DNA of 64,000 bases from a phage. Every line of letters begins with the position of its first letter. The first letter of the stretch is position 1. The notes under the pieces are model-generated. The model saw only the letters and a program-made list of their open reading frames with translations, did not search any database and was not told the DNA's origin. The position numbers and the translations under genes are program-made. The stretch is from sequence record OZ335961.1. One strand, 5' to 3'. Positions 1-10,955 of this stretch are shown here, one piece after another.

Positions 1-323
1 CGATTCAGCAGAGCGTCAATAGAATCACCCAATGCTGTAACAGCTACAAAATTATAATCTTCTTTTAGTTTGTTAATTACGCACAGGGCATCTTTATATG
101 GAGACAAGTAACGAATAAAATCTGATCGATTGTATTTTTCAATTAACTTGACACCAAGTTCTTCATCACAATTAAAGAGTTTACCTGGAGAAATAAATTT
201 CTCATCTTGGATCATTTTTAAAATATGTTCTAACGGAAGATTATATTTCTGAGCAAAATAAGGAAGTCCTGATTGCCAGCTTAAACATACTCCATCAATA
301 TCAGTTAAAATAGTAGGCTTCAT
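1..323 (-). CDS. HAD-superfamily hydrolase-like protein (5' end at ~323, 3' end outside window)
   Basis: Hand-translated from ATG ~321-323: MKPTILTDIDGVCLSW..., with DxDG(V) HAD motif I; not in ORF track because partial. Confidence 0.5.
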   Translation of the reverse strand, partial: MKPTILTDIDGVCLSWQSGLPYFAQKYNLPLEHILKMIQDEKFISPGKLFNCDEELGVKLIEKYNRSDFIRYLSPYKDALCVINKLKEDYNFVAVTALGDSIDALLN

Positions 324-784
324 AGAGAGTCTCTTAATAGGTTTAACACATCAATAAATTCAGCTTCGGTTAGTATTGTATCATCTTTTGTTAGACCACT
401 AGCCATGCTGTGCTTCAAAACTTTTCCTTTCGAGGCTTGTAACGCATCACGAAAGCCCCTATTTTGGAACGCTGCTTCAAAATATGCATTTGTGTATAAT
501 TCTTTCCACGCCGGTGAATATCTTGAAAACGGAACTCCAAGCCAAAAGAGGGTCCCACGGTCCTGAGCTCTAGCACAAGACCTTCCAGCTTGTTGGGCGG
601 CAAGCCCGGATAACCCAAATATACGACGTTGCTGTTCAACATTTTTCACCTTGCATCCTTGGAGGAATCCTTCGAGACCTCCAAATTGAATACCATCCAT
701 AACGAAAGGCCATTGGGCGAAATTACTTAATGCGCATGATGGCCATTTAAAATTGCTTCTTATCTCTAGCTCAGACATTTTCAA
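320..784 (-). CDS. NADAR (YbiA-like) domain protein
   Basis: 154 aa; SNFAQWPF..DG...GLEGFLQGCK resembles the YbiA/NADAR signature SNFaaWP..DG...sEHyFQAqK as recalled. Confidence 0.55.
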   Translation of the reverse strand: MKMSELEIRSNFKWPSCALSNFAQWPFVMDGIQFGGLEGFLQGCKVKNVEQQRRIFGLSGLAAQQAGRSCARAQDRGTLFWLGVPFSRYSPAWKELYTNAYFEAAFQNRGFRDALQASKGKVLKHSMASGLTKDDTILTEAEFIDVLNLLRDSL

Positions 785-977
785 TACTTATAATTTCAAC
801 ATCAGCCCAATGACCATAGCAAGGAAGACGAAATTCAACTGGCCAGTTAGGGTCCTTTTCTAATATAATAGACTCAACTTGTGGTTCTTCATGTTCATCA
901 GTATATGGATTTTTATCTGTTACTTTATATGTGACCTTAATATACTGAATTCCAAAAATCTTATTAATTATATTCAT
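771..977 (-). CDS. hypothetical protein (68 aa)
   Basis: ORF track; co-oriented and tightly packed with neighbours. Confidence 0.4.
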   Translation of the reverse strand: MNIINKIFGIQYIKVTYKVTDKNPYTDEHEEPQVESIILEKDPNWPVEFRLPCYGHWADVEIISIENV

Positions 978-1171
978 ACTAATTCCTTTAATCCGTAAAT
1001 AGGAGATAATTCATCGCCCATACGAAGGTCTTCATTTCCATCTACCCAGGAAACAATATAAGCCTCTTTTATTTGAATACCACTCCATTTAAATGGAGGT
1101 AGAACCTTAGAAATTAATCCAGGTATACCAACTCCCTTTAATTCAACAGTTTGACCTAAAAAGAATTTCAT
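974..1171 (-). CDS. hypothetical protein (65 aa)
   Basis: ORF track; 4-nt overlap with neighbours suggests coupling. Confidence 0.4.
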   Translation of the reverse strand: MKFFLGQTVELKGVGIPGLISKVLPPFKWSGIQIKEAYIVSWVDGNEDLRMGDELSPIYGLKELV

Positions 1172-1458
1172 TAGAACCTCATCTGAAAACCGTGCGATTT
1201 AACATTACCGCCGCCAATATCAGAAATGTTAATTTCACGCGCAATTGAAGGGTCAATGTCAATTTCACGATTGAGTTTAGTGATAGCTAAAGTATCGCGC
1301 CCATTTACAGTACGGAATTCTAAAGGACATACTACATTAACGTAGTTTTTAATCGATTCGCTAGTAGGTTGCAAATGAGCAGGAAGGTCTTTAGGCGCCT
1401 TAGAGAAAACTACTTCGCAGAAGTTTTTACGAGTATCAAAATAAGTAGTCATAAACAT
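1171..1458 (-). CDS. hypothetical protein (~95 aa)
   Basis: ORF track trimmed to internal ATG ~1458 preceded by GAGGAAAA; a UUCG-type hairpin lies just upstream. Confidence 0.5.
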   Translation of the reverse strand: MFMTTYFDTRKNFCEVVFSKAPKDLPAHLQPTSESIKNYVNVVCPLEFRTVNGRDTLAITKLNREIDIDPSIAREINISDIGGGNVKSHGFQMRF

Positions 1459-1498
1459 AGTATTTTCCTCAGTAAGGGGCCGAAGCCCCTTATTTATT

Positions 1499-1864
1499 TT
1501 AAATATCAAATTCGTTAAGAACTACATCAAAGATTGCTTCAAGATGCTCAGGTTTAGCTCTGTTACTCAGAATATGACGAATCCAAGTTTTAACCAGAAG
1601 TTTACGATTAACACCATTCCAGCAAGGATGAGTCCCTAAATCGCGTTGGCGAAAATCATCATCCAGAGCGATTTTAAAAGAAGAACCTTCTTTCGTGATT
1701 GAAACCGTGATGCCATTTTCAAATCGCATATAAACGTAGTTAGGAGTCATATACTGTTCAATTTCGCATACTGATCCATTTTGATGTTTCCAAAGGCAGA
1801 TAGTATCAATAGAACCTGCAATACCGTTAGAAACATATTTACGTTCAAAGTTGATGTAGTTCAT
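1499..1864 (-). CDS. hypothetical protein (121 aa)
   Basis: ORF track; early-promoter-like element upstream at ~1901-1930. Confidence 0.5.
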   Translation of the reverse strand: MNYINFERKYVSNGIAGSIDTICLWKHQNGSVCEIEQYMTPNYVYMRFENGITVSITKEGSSFKIALDDDFRQRDLGTHPCWNGVNRKLLVKTWIRHILSNRAKPEHLEAIFDVVLNEFDI

Positions 1865-1900
1865 TTTTATTCTCCGAGATGTTTAATTGCGGTACAGGTA

Positions 1901-1930
1901 TATAATATCATATCCTGTACCAAAGTAAAC
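1901..1930 (-). promoter_or_regulatory. T4-type early promoter (GTTTAC -35, ~18 bp spacer, TAnnAT -10)
   Basis: gtaaac on the plus strand with a -10-like hexamer 18 nt to its left; precedes ORF 1499..1864. Confidence 0.45.
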
Positions 1931-1932
1931 AA

Positions 1933-2265
1933 TTATTTTACTACTTTCCAATGTTGCATGTCAAGTTTACCAACTTTTTTCATCTTCTCAATTAAGCGTT
2001 CGGCACGTTGGCGAGCTGTAACATAATACCATTCACCTAATTCATTTTGTTCAATTTTTCCAACGATTACTGTATTCAATTCATAAATCCAACCAGTAAA
2101 GAAATTATGAACTTGAATTGTAAAGGTGAAATCTGTTCCCATACCTTCTGTTGTTTCTACTTCAATAACATCACCTTCAACTGCCATTAAAAACCACATA
2201 GTTTCATCATATTTACCATTGAAGCATTTAGTTTTAACTGTAGCGTTCAGATTAATCGTTTTCAT
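1933..2265 (-). CDS. hypothetical protein (110 aa)
   Basis: ORF track; early-promoter-like element upstream at ~2293-2322. Confidence 0.5.
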   Translation of the reverse strand: MKTINLNATVKTKCFNGKYDETMWFLMAVEGDVIEVETTEGMGTDFTFTIQVHNFFTGWIYELNTVIVGKIEQNELGEWYYVTARQRAERLIEKMKKVGKLDMQHWKVVK

Positions 2266-2292
2266 TTTATTCTCCTTTGTTTGTGTAAGATA

Positions 2293-2322
2293 ATACTATC
2301 ACAAAGGAACCATACTGTAAAC
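2293..2322 (-). promoter_or_regulatory. T4-type early promoter
   Basis: Same GTTTAC-N18-hexamer architecture; precedes ORF 1933..2265. Confidence 0.4.
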
Positions 2323-2340
2323 AACTTTGTGCAATCTTTG

Positions 2341-2371
2341 AAAAATAAAAAAGGACTCCCGAAGGAGTCCT
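2341..2371 (-). terminator. rho-independent terminator (UUCG-loop hairpin + U-run)
   Basis: ggactcc-cgaa-ggagtcc perfect 7-bp stem; on the minus strand followed by a U-rich run. Confidence 0.55.
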
Positions 2372-2375
2372 CAAC

Positions 2376-2552
2376 TTATGCTTTCTGCTTACCAAAACGA
2401 GAAGCATCATCTCGAAGAACCGCACGTGCTCGGCGCATGATCTTCTCAACAGTTTGATTGATACGAGAGTTCGACCCACGCTTGTAACCAGCGCGTTTAG
2501 AATCACCAACTTTCTTTTCAACTGCTTTCTTTGCTTTAGCTTGTTTTGCCAT
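2376..2552 (-). CDS. small lysine/arginine-rich basic protein (~58 aa)
   Basis: ORF track trimmed to MAKQAKAKKAVEKK...; followed by a hairpin terminator. Confidence 0.45.
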   Translation of the reverse strand: MAKQAKAKKAVEKKVGDSKRAGYKRGSNSRINQTVEKIMRRARAVLRDDASRFGKQKA

Positions 2553-2949
2553 TATAAATTCTCTTTTAAATGAAAATGCAGGACTTATTGGCATTGCCTG
2601 CGAAAGCCCTCAAGGGGTACTTAGGTTTTGAATATTTACCGACAGGATAACCATAAACCTCGTCAACATACCTTATAGCTCTTATCTGTTGCACACCGTT
2701 AGCTTAAAGGTTCCGGGTTCGATTTCTCGAGGATAAGATATATACTGATGGATATATAGGCCTTGAGGCGTACTCCCGATTGGCCATCACCTCGGGGTAG
2801 CATGCACTTGCCGCTATAAGAATAACATTCAAGAGGTACACCGTAAAACTGCCGGGGTCTTAAAACTATAATGATTCGCAAATCATTAGTCAGACAGTTC
2901 GACGGCTCCTCGATTTTAGCTCACACTAAGGCAGTGAATCTCCAATAAA

Positions 2950-3198
2950 TTACTTCAGTGTTACCACAAAGTGACGAACTGCTTTTCGTGCGGCAGAAGC
3001 CAGAGGCTTAGCATATTTAAGTTCATCTTTTTCCTGAAGCTCAGCAGCTAATGCAGTTTGAGCAGGATTCAGATGTTTGAAATAACGCAGGATTTCAAGA
3101 GCTTCGGCTTCAACATCAATAGATGCGCCATAGTTTTCGTGACCATTATTCCATGCGTTTCGTTGCAGTTCAAGAGCGTGTTGTAATTGTTTAATCAT
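2950..3198 (-). CDS. rIII: probable rIII lysis-inhibition accessory protein
   Basis: 82 aa, immediately downstream of gene 31; matches the size and position of T4 rIII as recalled. Confidence 0.5.
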   Translation of the reverse strand: MIKQLQHALELQRNAWNNGHENYGASIDVEAEALEILRYFKHLNPAQTALAAELQEKDELKYAKPLASAARKAVRHFVVTLK

Positions 3199-3337
3199 TT
3201 AAAAATTCTCGTTAGAGATTAAAACTCGGTAGTCACGTTCTTCTGAATTTCATCTTCTTTCGACAGATCTCTCAGTTGTAGACTACCACATAGAATTGTT
3301 CGGTTAACTTATTATTCCGACACCCAATTCATATTAT

Positions 3338-3345
3338 TATTTATA
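3338..3345 (-). promoter_or_regulatory. possible late promoter TATAAATA upstream of rIII
   Basis: Minus-strand TATAAATA just after the gene 31 stop; long leader to rIII makes the assignment uncertain. Confidence 0.3.
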
Positions 3346-3681
3346 TCACTTATAAAGACACGGAATAGCTTTATAGTGACAGGTAACGAATTTTTGCTTA
3401 ATTTCTTTTGGCTGCTTAAGACCCAGAGCTACAAAAGGATGAGGAACGTTTCGAATTTGACCAACTGGAAGAGAAGTCAAATCACCAACTTCGCAGAAAC
3501 CTTCAGGAACATCAGGACCAACAGAGTGAACTACACACAGTTCAGGAACTTCACCTTGGACGCGTTTACCGATAATAAGTCCTGATTCTGTAACTTCTTC
3601 ATCACCGGCTTGTGCAGGTTCAGAAACTAAAATAACATATTCACCGACAGCACGAATTGGTAGCTGTTGTACTTCAGACAT
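3346..3681 (-). CDS. 31: gp31 co-chaperonin (GroES analogue for capsid folding)
   Basis: 111 aa [22 protein letters not shown]... matches recalled T4 gp31; position between rIII and cd. Confidence 0.85.
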
Positions 3682-3698
3682 CGTTTTTCCTTTTTGTT

Positions 3699-3733
3699 AA
3701 CAGATGAATTAATAATAACAAATAATTCTTAAA
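3699..3733 (-). promoter_or_regulatory. putative MotA-dependent middle promoter for gene 31
   Basis: Minus strand TGCTTTA MotA-box followed ~12 nt later by TATTAT. Confidence 0.35.
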
Positions 3734-3737
3734 GCAT

Positions 3738-4046
3738 TTATTTACCAATAAATTGGAGCAAATGCTCAACTTTCATACCATTAACGGAAATCAATTTATC
3801 AATAGAAAAACCTCGCCATGCACCAAGCTCAACATCAAATACTGGAACCATATCAGTAGATTCTTTCCGAGTAGATTCAGTCAATTTACCGGTTTGCATG
3901 GTTGGCATAAAGTCAGCATCACGAGTACCTTTCATAGTACGAATAGTACCATCAGACTTTTCAAAAACTACGTTTGAAATACCCATGGACAATTTAGTTT
4001 TTAAAATTTCACGAATTGCTACTTTCTGTTCAATTGTCAGTTTCAT
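3738..4046 (-). CDS. hypothetical protein (102 aa)
   Basis: ORF track; between cd and 31. Confidence 0.5.
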   Translation of the reverse strand: MKLTIEQKVAIREILKTKLSMGISNVVFEKSDGTIRTMKGTRDADFMPTMQTGKLTESTRKESTDMVPVFDVELGAWRGFSIDKLISVNGMKVEHLLQFIGK

Positions 4047-4283
4047 TTATTTACCTATTACAGTTTTAATATGAGTTGTTCCACGTTCTTTAAGAGTGGA
4101 AAGCAACTTTTGGCATTTTTCTAAATCAGATTTCCAACTATACGGTCTATCAATACAAACCCATTCTGACTTATAATACTGCTTCCATTTAGAGAAAAAA
4201 TATTTCTTATACTCTACAGCAAATGAAATGTTCTCGTTAGAATAAGAACTAATTGCTGTGAGCTGTACCAAACGAAATTTCAT
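4047..4283 (-). CDS. hypothetical protein (78 aa)
   Basis: ORF track; abuts the cd stop. Confidence 0.45.
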   Translation of the reverse strand: MKFRLVQLTAISSYSNENISFAVEYKKYFFSKWKQYYKSEWVCIDRPYSWKSDLEKCQKLLSTLKERGTTHIKTVIGK

Positions 4284-4864
4284 TATTCACCACAGAATTC
4301 GTTGATATTTTCCCAGTTTAACTTATTTAAGTTTTTCTTAGGAACATTAAACACTTCAATACCTGCATTTCGCAGAATATCATCCCAGCCAGGTTTATTT
4401 TTATCATATGTTTCGCAATAAACCAGCTTTTTAATTCCAGATTGAGCTATCGCTTTTGCACAATCTGGGCAAGGAGAAAGTGTTACATACATAGTAGCAC
4501 CTTCAATTGAAGAACCATTTCGCGCAGCAAACAAAATCGCATTTAGTTCAGCATGAATTTCATTTTTAGACGACCATTCAGAATGAGCGCTACGGTGTTC
4601 TTTCGCCAAGACAAAACGATCAGTTGAACCAAACGATACACATTCAGGCTTATGACCTTGAATGATAGTATGTTTAGGTTTATTCAGTAACCAACCTTGC
4701 TCAGCAGCATAATCACAGCAGTTCACGCCCCCGGCAGGTGAACCATTATATCCGGTAGAAATAATACGTCCATTCTTTTCAATTACTGCTCCTACCTTCC
4801 AGGAGCAACATTTTGATTCTTGTGATACTAAATACGCAATTTGAAGTACTGTACTCGCTTTCAT
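4283..4864 (-). CDS. cd: dCMP deaminase
   Basis: 193 aa; HAELNAI ... PCPDCAK zinc-binding cytidine/dCMP deaminase motifs; size and position as T4 cd. Confidence 0.85.
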   Translation of the reverse strand: MKASTVLQIAYLVSQESKCCSWKVGAVIEKNGRIISTGYNGSPAGGVNCCDYAAEQGWLLNKPKHTIIQGHKPECVSFGSTDRFVLAKEHRSAHSEWSSKNEIHAELNAILFAARNGSSIEGATMYVTLSPCPDCAKAIAQSGIKKLVYCETYDKNKPGWDDILRNAGIEVFNVPKKNLNKLNWENINEFCGE

Positions 4865-5199
4865 TTCATAATCACCAAATAAGCAGATTTAGCAGTTTCA
4901 ACACGATAAATTTCGTGACGAAGTTTAGTTATACTTTTAATAACAGAACTAATTATATTCTGCCCGTCTTTAAAGCGGTTTTTCTTATCAATAAAAATTG
5001 CGCCAACCATCTTTTTGTGAAGCTCAACCGGATACTTCGTCACAATAATAGCATCATACACAGAAGGATGAATACTATTCACTAGAGTGTCATTCATTAA
5101 AGTTATTCTAATGAACTGTGCTGTGTCAGAGTCAAGCGCTCTATGATCGCCAGTATCATTTTCAAGACAAGTATCAATTATATCAGTTAAATTCATCAT
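4861..5199 (-). CDS. hypothetical protein (112 aa)
   Basis: ORF track; cd-pseT interval. Confidence 0.5.
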   Translation of the reverse strand: MMNLTDIIDTCLENDTGDHRALDSDTAQFIRITLMNDTLVNSIHPSVYDAIIVTKYPVELHKKMVGAIFIDKKNRFKDGQNIISSVIKSITKLRHEIYRVETAKSAYLVIMK

Positions 5200-5432
5200 A
5201 GTACGCCATACACCCTTTGTGCTTCAACTAATCCATCAAAATCCAATTTGAGATGTGTTATTTGGTCACCATCACCTGGATTCACAATTACTAATACTGA
5301 ACGAGGAGTTTCGGTAATAACACGAACCGATGTTTCTGGAAATCGTTCAGAAACCTTATTTACCAATTCCTGAGCAAATAGTTTAACTTTTTCTTGGAAT
5401 TCTTTAACAGTAATTGGTTTTTCGCTTAGCAT
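5196..5432 (-). CDS. hypothetical protein (78 aa)
   Basis: ORF track; cd-pseT interval. Confidence 0.45.
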   Translation of the reverse strand: MLSEKPITVKEFQEKVKLFAQELVNKVSERFPETSVRVITETPRSVLVIVNPGDGDQITHLKLDFDGLVEAQRVYGVL

Positions 5433-5953
5433 GTTGATCCCAGCTCCTTACTTTCAACGTTTTTAACTAATTTGACAGAAACTAATTCAGCATCTTGAGT
5501 AATCATTACCGGACCTTCTTCATACTCTTCGAGATACTCTAGAGCTTTCTTTTTAGCTTCTTCCTTCGTATCAGTTTGAGCATAGATATAAAACATACAA
5601 CCAGTAATACCTACTACTTTCCACTTAATTTCTTTATCAGCTTTAATTTCAAATTTACTGACAGAGTCATCTTTTTGAACTTCTTCGAAAAAAGAATATT
5701 CTAACATATAAGCAATTGAAAATAACGGGCTAACTTTATAGGATTCGCCCATTACATCAACAGCTTTATACCAGCAATCATCAATTTCACGTTTAATGCT
5801 AATAACATTTTTCGCAGGATCTATTTTTACTTTAAATGAATTTTCCCCAATAAACTGAGCAATTCGTTTATTAGCCCCACAGGTTTCATTAAAAATATCT
5901 TTATATCCAGCTTTAAAGCGATAAACCTTATCTTCTTCAAACCATTCGCTCAT
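5426..5953 (-). CDS. hypothetical protein (175 aa)
   Basis: ORF track; early promoter-like element upstream at ~5983-6012. Confidence 0.55.
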   Translation of the reverse strand: MSEWFEEDKVYRFKAGYKDIFNETCGANKRIAQFIGENSFKVKIDPAKNVISIKREIDDCWYKAVDVMGESYKVSPLFSIAYMLEYSFFEEVQKDDSVSKFEIKADKEIKWKVVGITGCMFYIYAQTDTKEEAKKKALEYLEEYEEGPVMITQDAELVSVKLVKNVESKELGSTC

Positions 5954-5982
5954 TTCAATTTCCTCATTTGTTTTGGTAGAGC

Positions 5983-6012
5983 TATAATATCACAACTCTA
6001 CCGTAAAGTAAA
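5983..6012 (-). promoter_or_regulatory. T4-type early promoter
   Basis: GTTTAC -35 and TATTAT/TATAAT-like -10; precedes ORF 5426..5953. Confidence 0.45.
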
Positions 6013-6015
6013 CTG

Positions 6016-6291
6016 TTAAATTGCCTTGAATTCTGATGTCTGTGATTCAAAGCGAATATCGCCTGTGATGACTAGCTCAGCGTCAAGACCAAATACGACA
6101 ATGATATGCGCGGAACCTGGATACAGCGTAATGGCAATAGAATCCACCTGGTCTGGAAGCAAAGTGTTCAATACATGAGTCACTTGAGCATGAATTCTAA
6201 GCTCAGCTGCGTTATCAAGCTTTTCAAACATATTATTAGCAATAATTTGACTAAACACTACTTCTACGATTTTAGAATAAGTCGGAAACAT
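6016..6291 (-). CDS. hypothetical protein (91 aa)
   Basis: ORF track. Confidence 0.45.
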   Translation of the reverse strand: MFPTYSKIVEVVFSQIIANNMFEKLDNAAELRIHAQVTHVLNTLLPDQVDSIAITLYPGSAHIIVVFGLDAELVITGDIRFESQTSEFKAI

Positions 6292-6293
6292 AT

Positions 6294-6494
6294 TTACCTC
6301 ACATAATTTTCTTCAAGCCAATCAATAACATCCAACGCATTATCAAAAGTTGAACCATCTACTCTGTCTTCTGTTTCATAATCAAGAACATCTAAGCCTA
6401 CTCTTCCATCAACAATAGGCCATAAACAAAATAGATATTTCTTTTCTTTTTCAATTTTATCACAAAGTTGATAAATCTTTTCTATGTTATTCAT
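6294..6494 (-). CDS. hypothetical protein (66 aa)
   Basis: ORF track. Confidence 0.4.
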   Translation of the reverse strand: MNNIEKIYQLCDKIEKEKKYLFCLWPIVDGRVGLDVLDYETEDRVDGSTFDNALDVIDWLEENYVR

Positions 6495-6683
6495 AAGTTT
6501 TCCATGGTAAAGGCAGTTTAGTTTTCTTTACTGTTAGTTCAACATCAGGATTCTTTTCTCTTAATTTAAGACATTCCTCCCAAGCTCTGATTTCACTAGT
6601 GAATACACAAAATTGCCCATTACTAGTACCAACTAAACCGCTATTTACAATAACAATAGACCAAGTTTCATGATGCCAAGCCA

Positions 6684-6684
<1 letters not shown>
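6487..6684 (-). CDS. hypothetical protein (65 aa)
   Basis: ORF track; abuts the pseT start. Confidence 0.4.
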
Positions 6685-7905
<1,221 letters not shown>

Positions 7906-7909
<4 letters not shown>

Positions 7910-8136
7910 CTATTTTTCTCAACCAATGATTGAATATAATCATGTAGGTCTTTAGATGCTTTACCCCACTTATTTTGGTATTCATTTTTAAGATTAGCAC
8001 GAGATTGAGCTAATAAAACATCATTAGTTGGAGGTAAAGATTCTAACCGCTGAATCTGGCGTCCGTAAATCATTGCAGCCATCTCGGATTCATAAATCAA
8101 TCCTTTGAGATGTTCAAATTGATGCCATGAAATCAT
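7906..8136 (-). CDS. hypothetical protein (76 aa)
   Basis: ORF track; pseT-alc interval. Confidence 0.45.
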
Positions 8137-8432
8137 TTACATTTATCCTCTTTTAGCTCTTGACGATAATAACATATCATAGTTTTCTGATCATGCACAT
8201 ATCGTTTTACATCATTAAGCCAAATACGAAATTCCTGGGAATCTTCAAATGGCATACCGACCCAAGCTTTACCATCGATAACTTTAACTTGCCAAGATAG
8301 TTTAGCTTCATCATATGACTTTATCTGCACAGGCCAATTAGGATGAACTGTTTCTTTCTTTACTTCTAGAGGCTTTGTCGAACAACCAACTAGAAGACCA
8401 ATAGATAATATTACTGCTGATAGTTTAATCAT
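8133..8432 (-). CDS. o-spanin-like outer-membrane lipoprotein (Rz1 equivalent)
   Basis: N-terminal signal peptide with lipobox LLVGC; directly downstream of the i-spanin-like ORF; corresponds to the T4 pseT.2/pseT.3 spanin pair. Confidence 0.5.
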   Translation of the reverse strand: MIKLSAVILSIGLLVGCSTKPLEVKKETVHPNWPVQIKSYDEAKLSWQVKVIDGKAWVGMPFEDSQEFRIWLNDVKRYVHDQKTMICYYRQELKEDKCK

Positions 8433-8782
8433 TTAGAAAGGTCCTGGATGTCTTCTGCGAACTTGTTGAAGGAGTTGTTGATTTGTTTTTCAACCAATCC
8501 TGGCTTATGAGCCACCACATCCGCCTTCTTTGCGTCTTTGCGCAGTTTTTCATTTTCACGCTCAATAGCAGCAATTGCCTCACGATTTTTATTATTCATC
8601 GCATCAATATAATTATACTGAATTCGCAAATTATTTAATGCTAAAGCGTTTTCATTGGCCGTTTTTGTAATTTCAGTAACCGATGTTTCTAATCTTTCTA
8701 CCTTATTTTTTAAAATAATAGATGTTCCGCCAAATGCTATTACAAGTAATAGCAATCCAGCTGTAAAATTACTTACATGCAT
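8429..8782 (-). CDS. i-spanin-like protein (Rz equivalent)
   Basis: N-terminal transmembrane helix followed by long coiled-coil-like charged region; 4-nt overlap with lipoprotein gene. Confidence 0.5.
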   Translation of the reverse strand: MHVSNFTAGLLLLVIAFGGTSIILKNKVERLETSVTEITKTANENALALNNLRIQYNYIDAMNNKNREAIAAIERENEKLRKDAKKADVVAHKPGLVEKQINNSFNKFAEDIQDLSK

Positions 8783-9276
8783 AAAGTTTTAATAACCTCT
8801 ACAATATCGTCTTGAGAAAGACCGTTAATTAAAATATGATGTTCAGCCGGAGATTTAGAAATTTTAAAGCATGCCTCAACATCTTCTGCCATATCCGATG
8901 CGCTACGATTTGGATTACTAATTCCAAGACGATGTTTTCCCGTCAAAGGATTAACGATGATGTAGCATTTACAATTATTGATATGAACATTAGGTTGAGT
9001 CTGATTAATGAACACATCACAATCATATTTCGCAAGCTGATTTTCTAAAAAGACTTTCATCTCCTCAACTGCATCAGGAAGCATATCACGGGCTTGCTCA
9101 AGACGACGATTTCGATATTCTTTAATGGTCGTTTTCCGCTTGACTTGCTTAGCTAAATCTTTCTTAAGATCGGTGATATATCCAACTCGACGATTTCCTT
9201 TAAATACAGAAATCCCATCTGTAGTATCACCGTATGCTTCAACGACCATCTCAGTAGTAATAAGCTGCAAATCCAT
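8773..9276 (-). CDS. alc: Alc (host transcription termination/unfolding protein)
   Basis: ~167 aa in the T4 alc position adjacent to rnlA; early-promoter element upstream at ~9308-9337. Confidence 0.6.
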   Translation of the reverse strand: MDLQLITTEMVVEAYGDTTDGISVFKGNRRVGYITDLKKDLAKQVKRKTTIKEYRNRRLEQARDMLPDAVEEMKVFLENQLAKYDCDVFINQTQPNVHINNCKCYIIVNPLTGKHRLGISNPNRSASDMAEDVEACFKISKSPAEHHILINGLSQDDIVEVIKTLCM

Positions 9277-9307
9277 CATAAAGTCCTCATGTTATGTCAG
9301 TAAGACT

Positions 9308-9337
9308 ACTATAACACAACACGAGGGACTTGTAAAC
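9308..9337 (-). promoter_or_regulatory. T4-type early promoter upstream of alc
   Basis: GTTTAC -35, TATAGT -10, 18 bp spacer. Confidence 0.45.
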
Positions 9338-9340
9338 AGC

Positions 9341-10928
<1,588 letters not shown>

Positions 10929-10955
10929 AATAAAATGGGCCTTGCGGCCCACTCC

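Noticed and set aside
2700-2740. tRNA-like GGTTCGAtt T-loop motif in the non-coding island
   Set aside because: Flanking sequence cannot form a T-stem or acceptor stem; no cloverleaf could be built by hand
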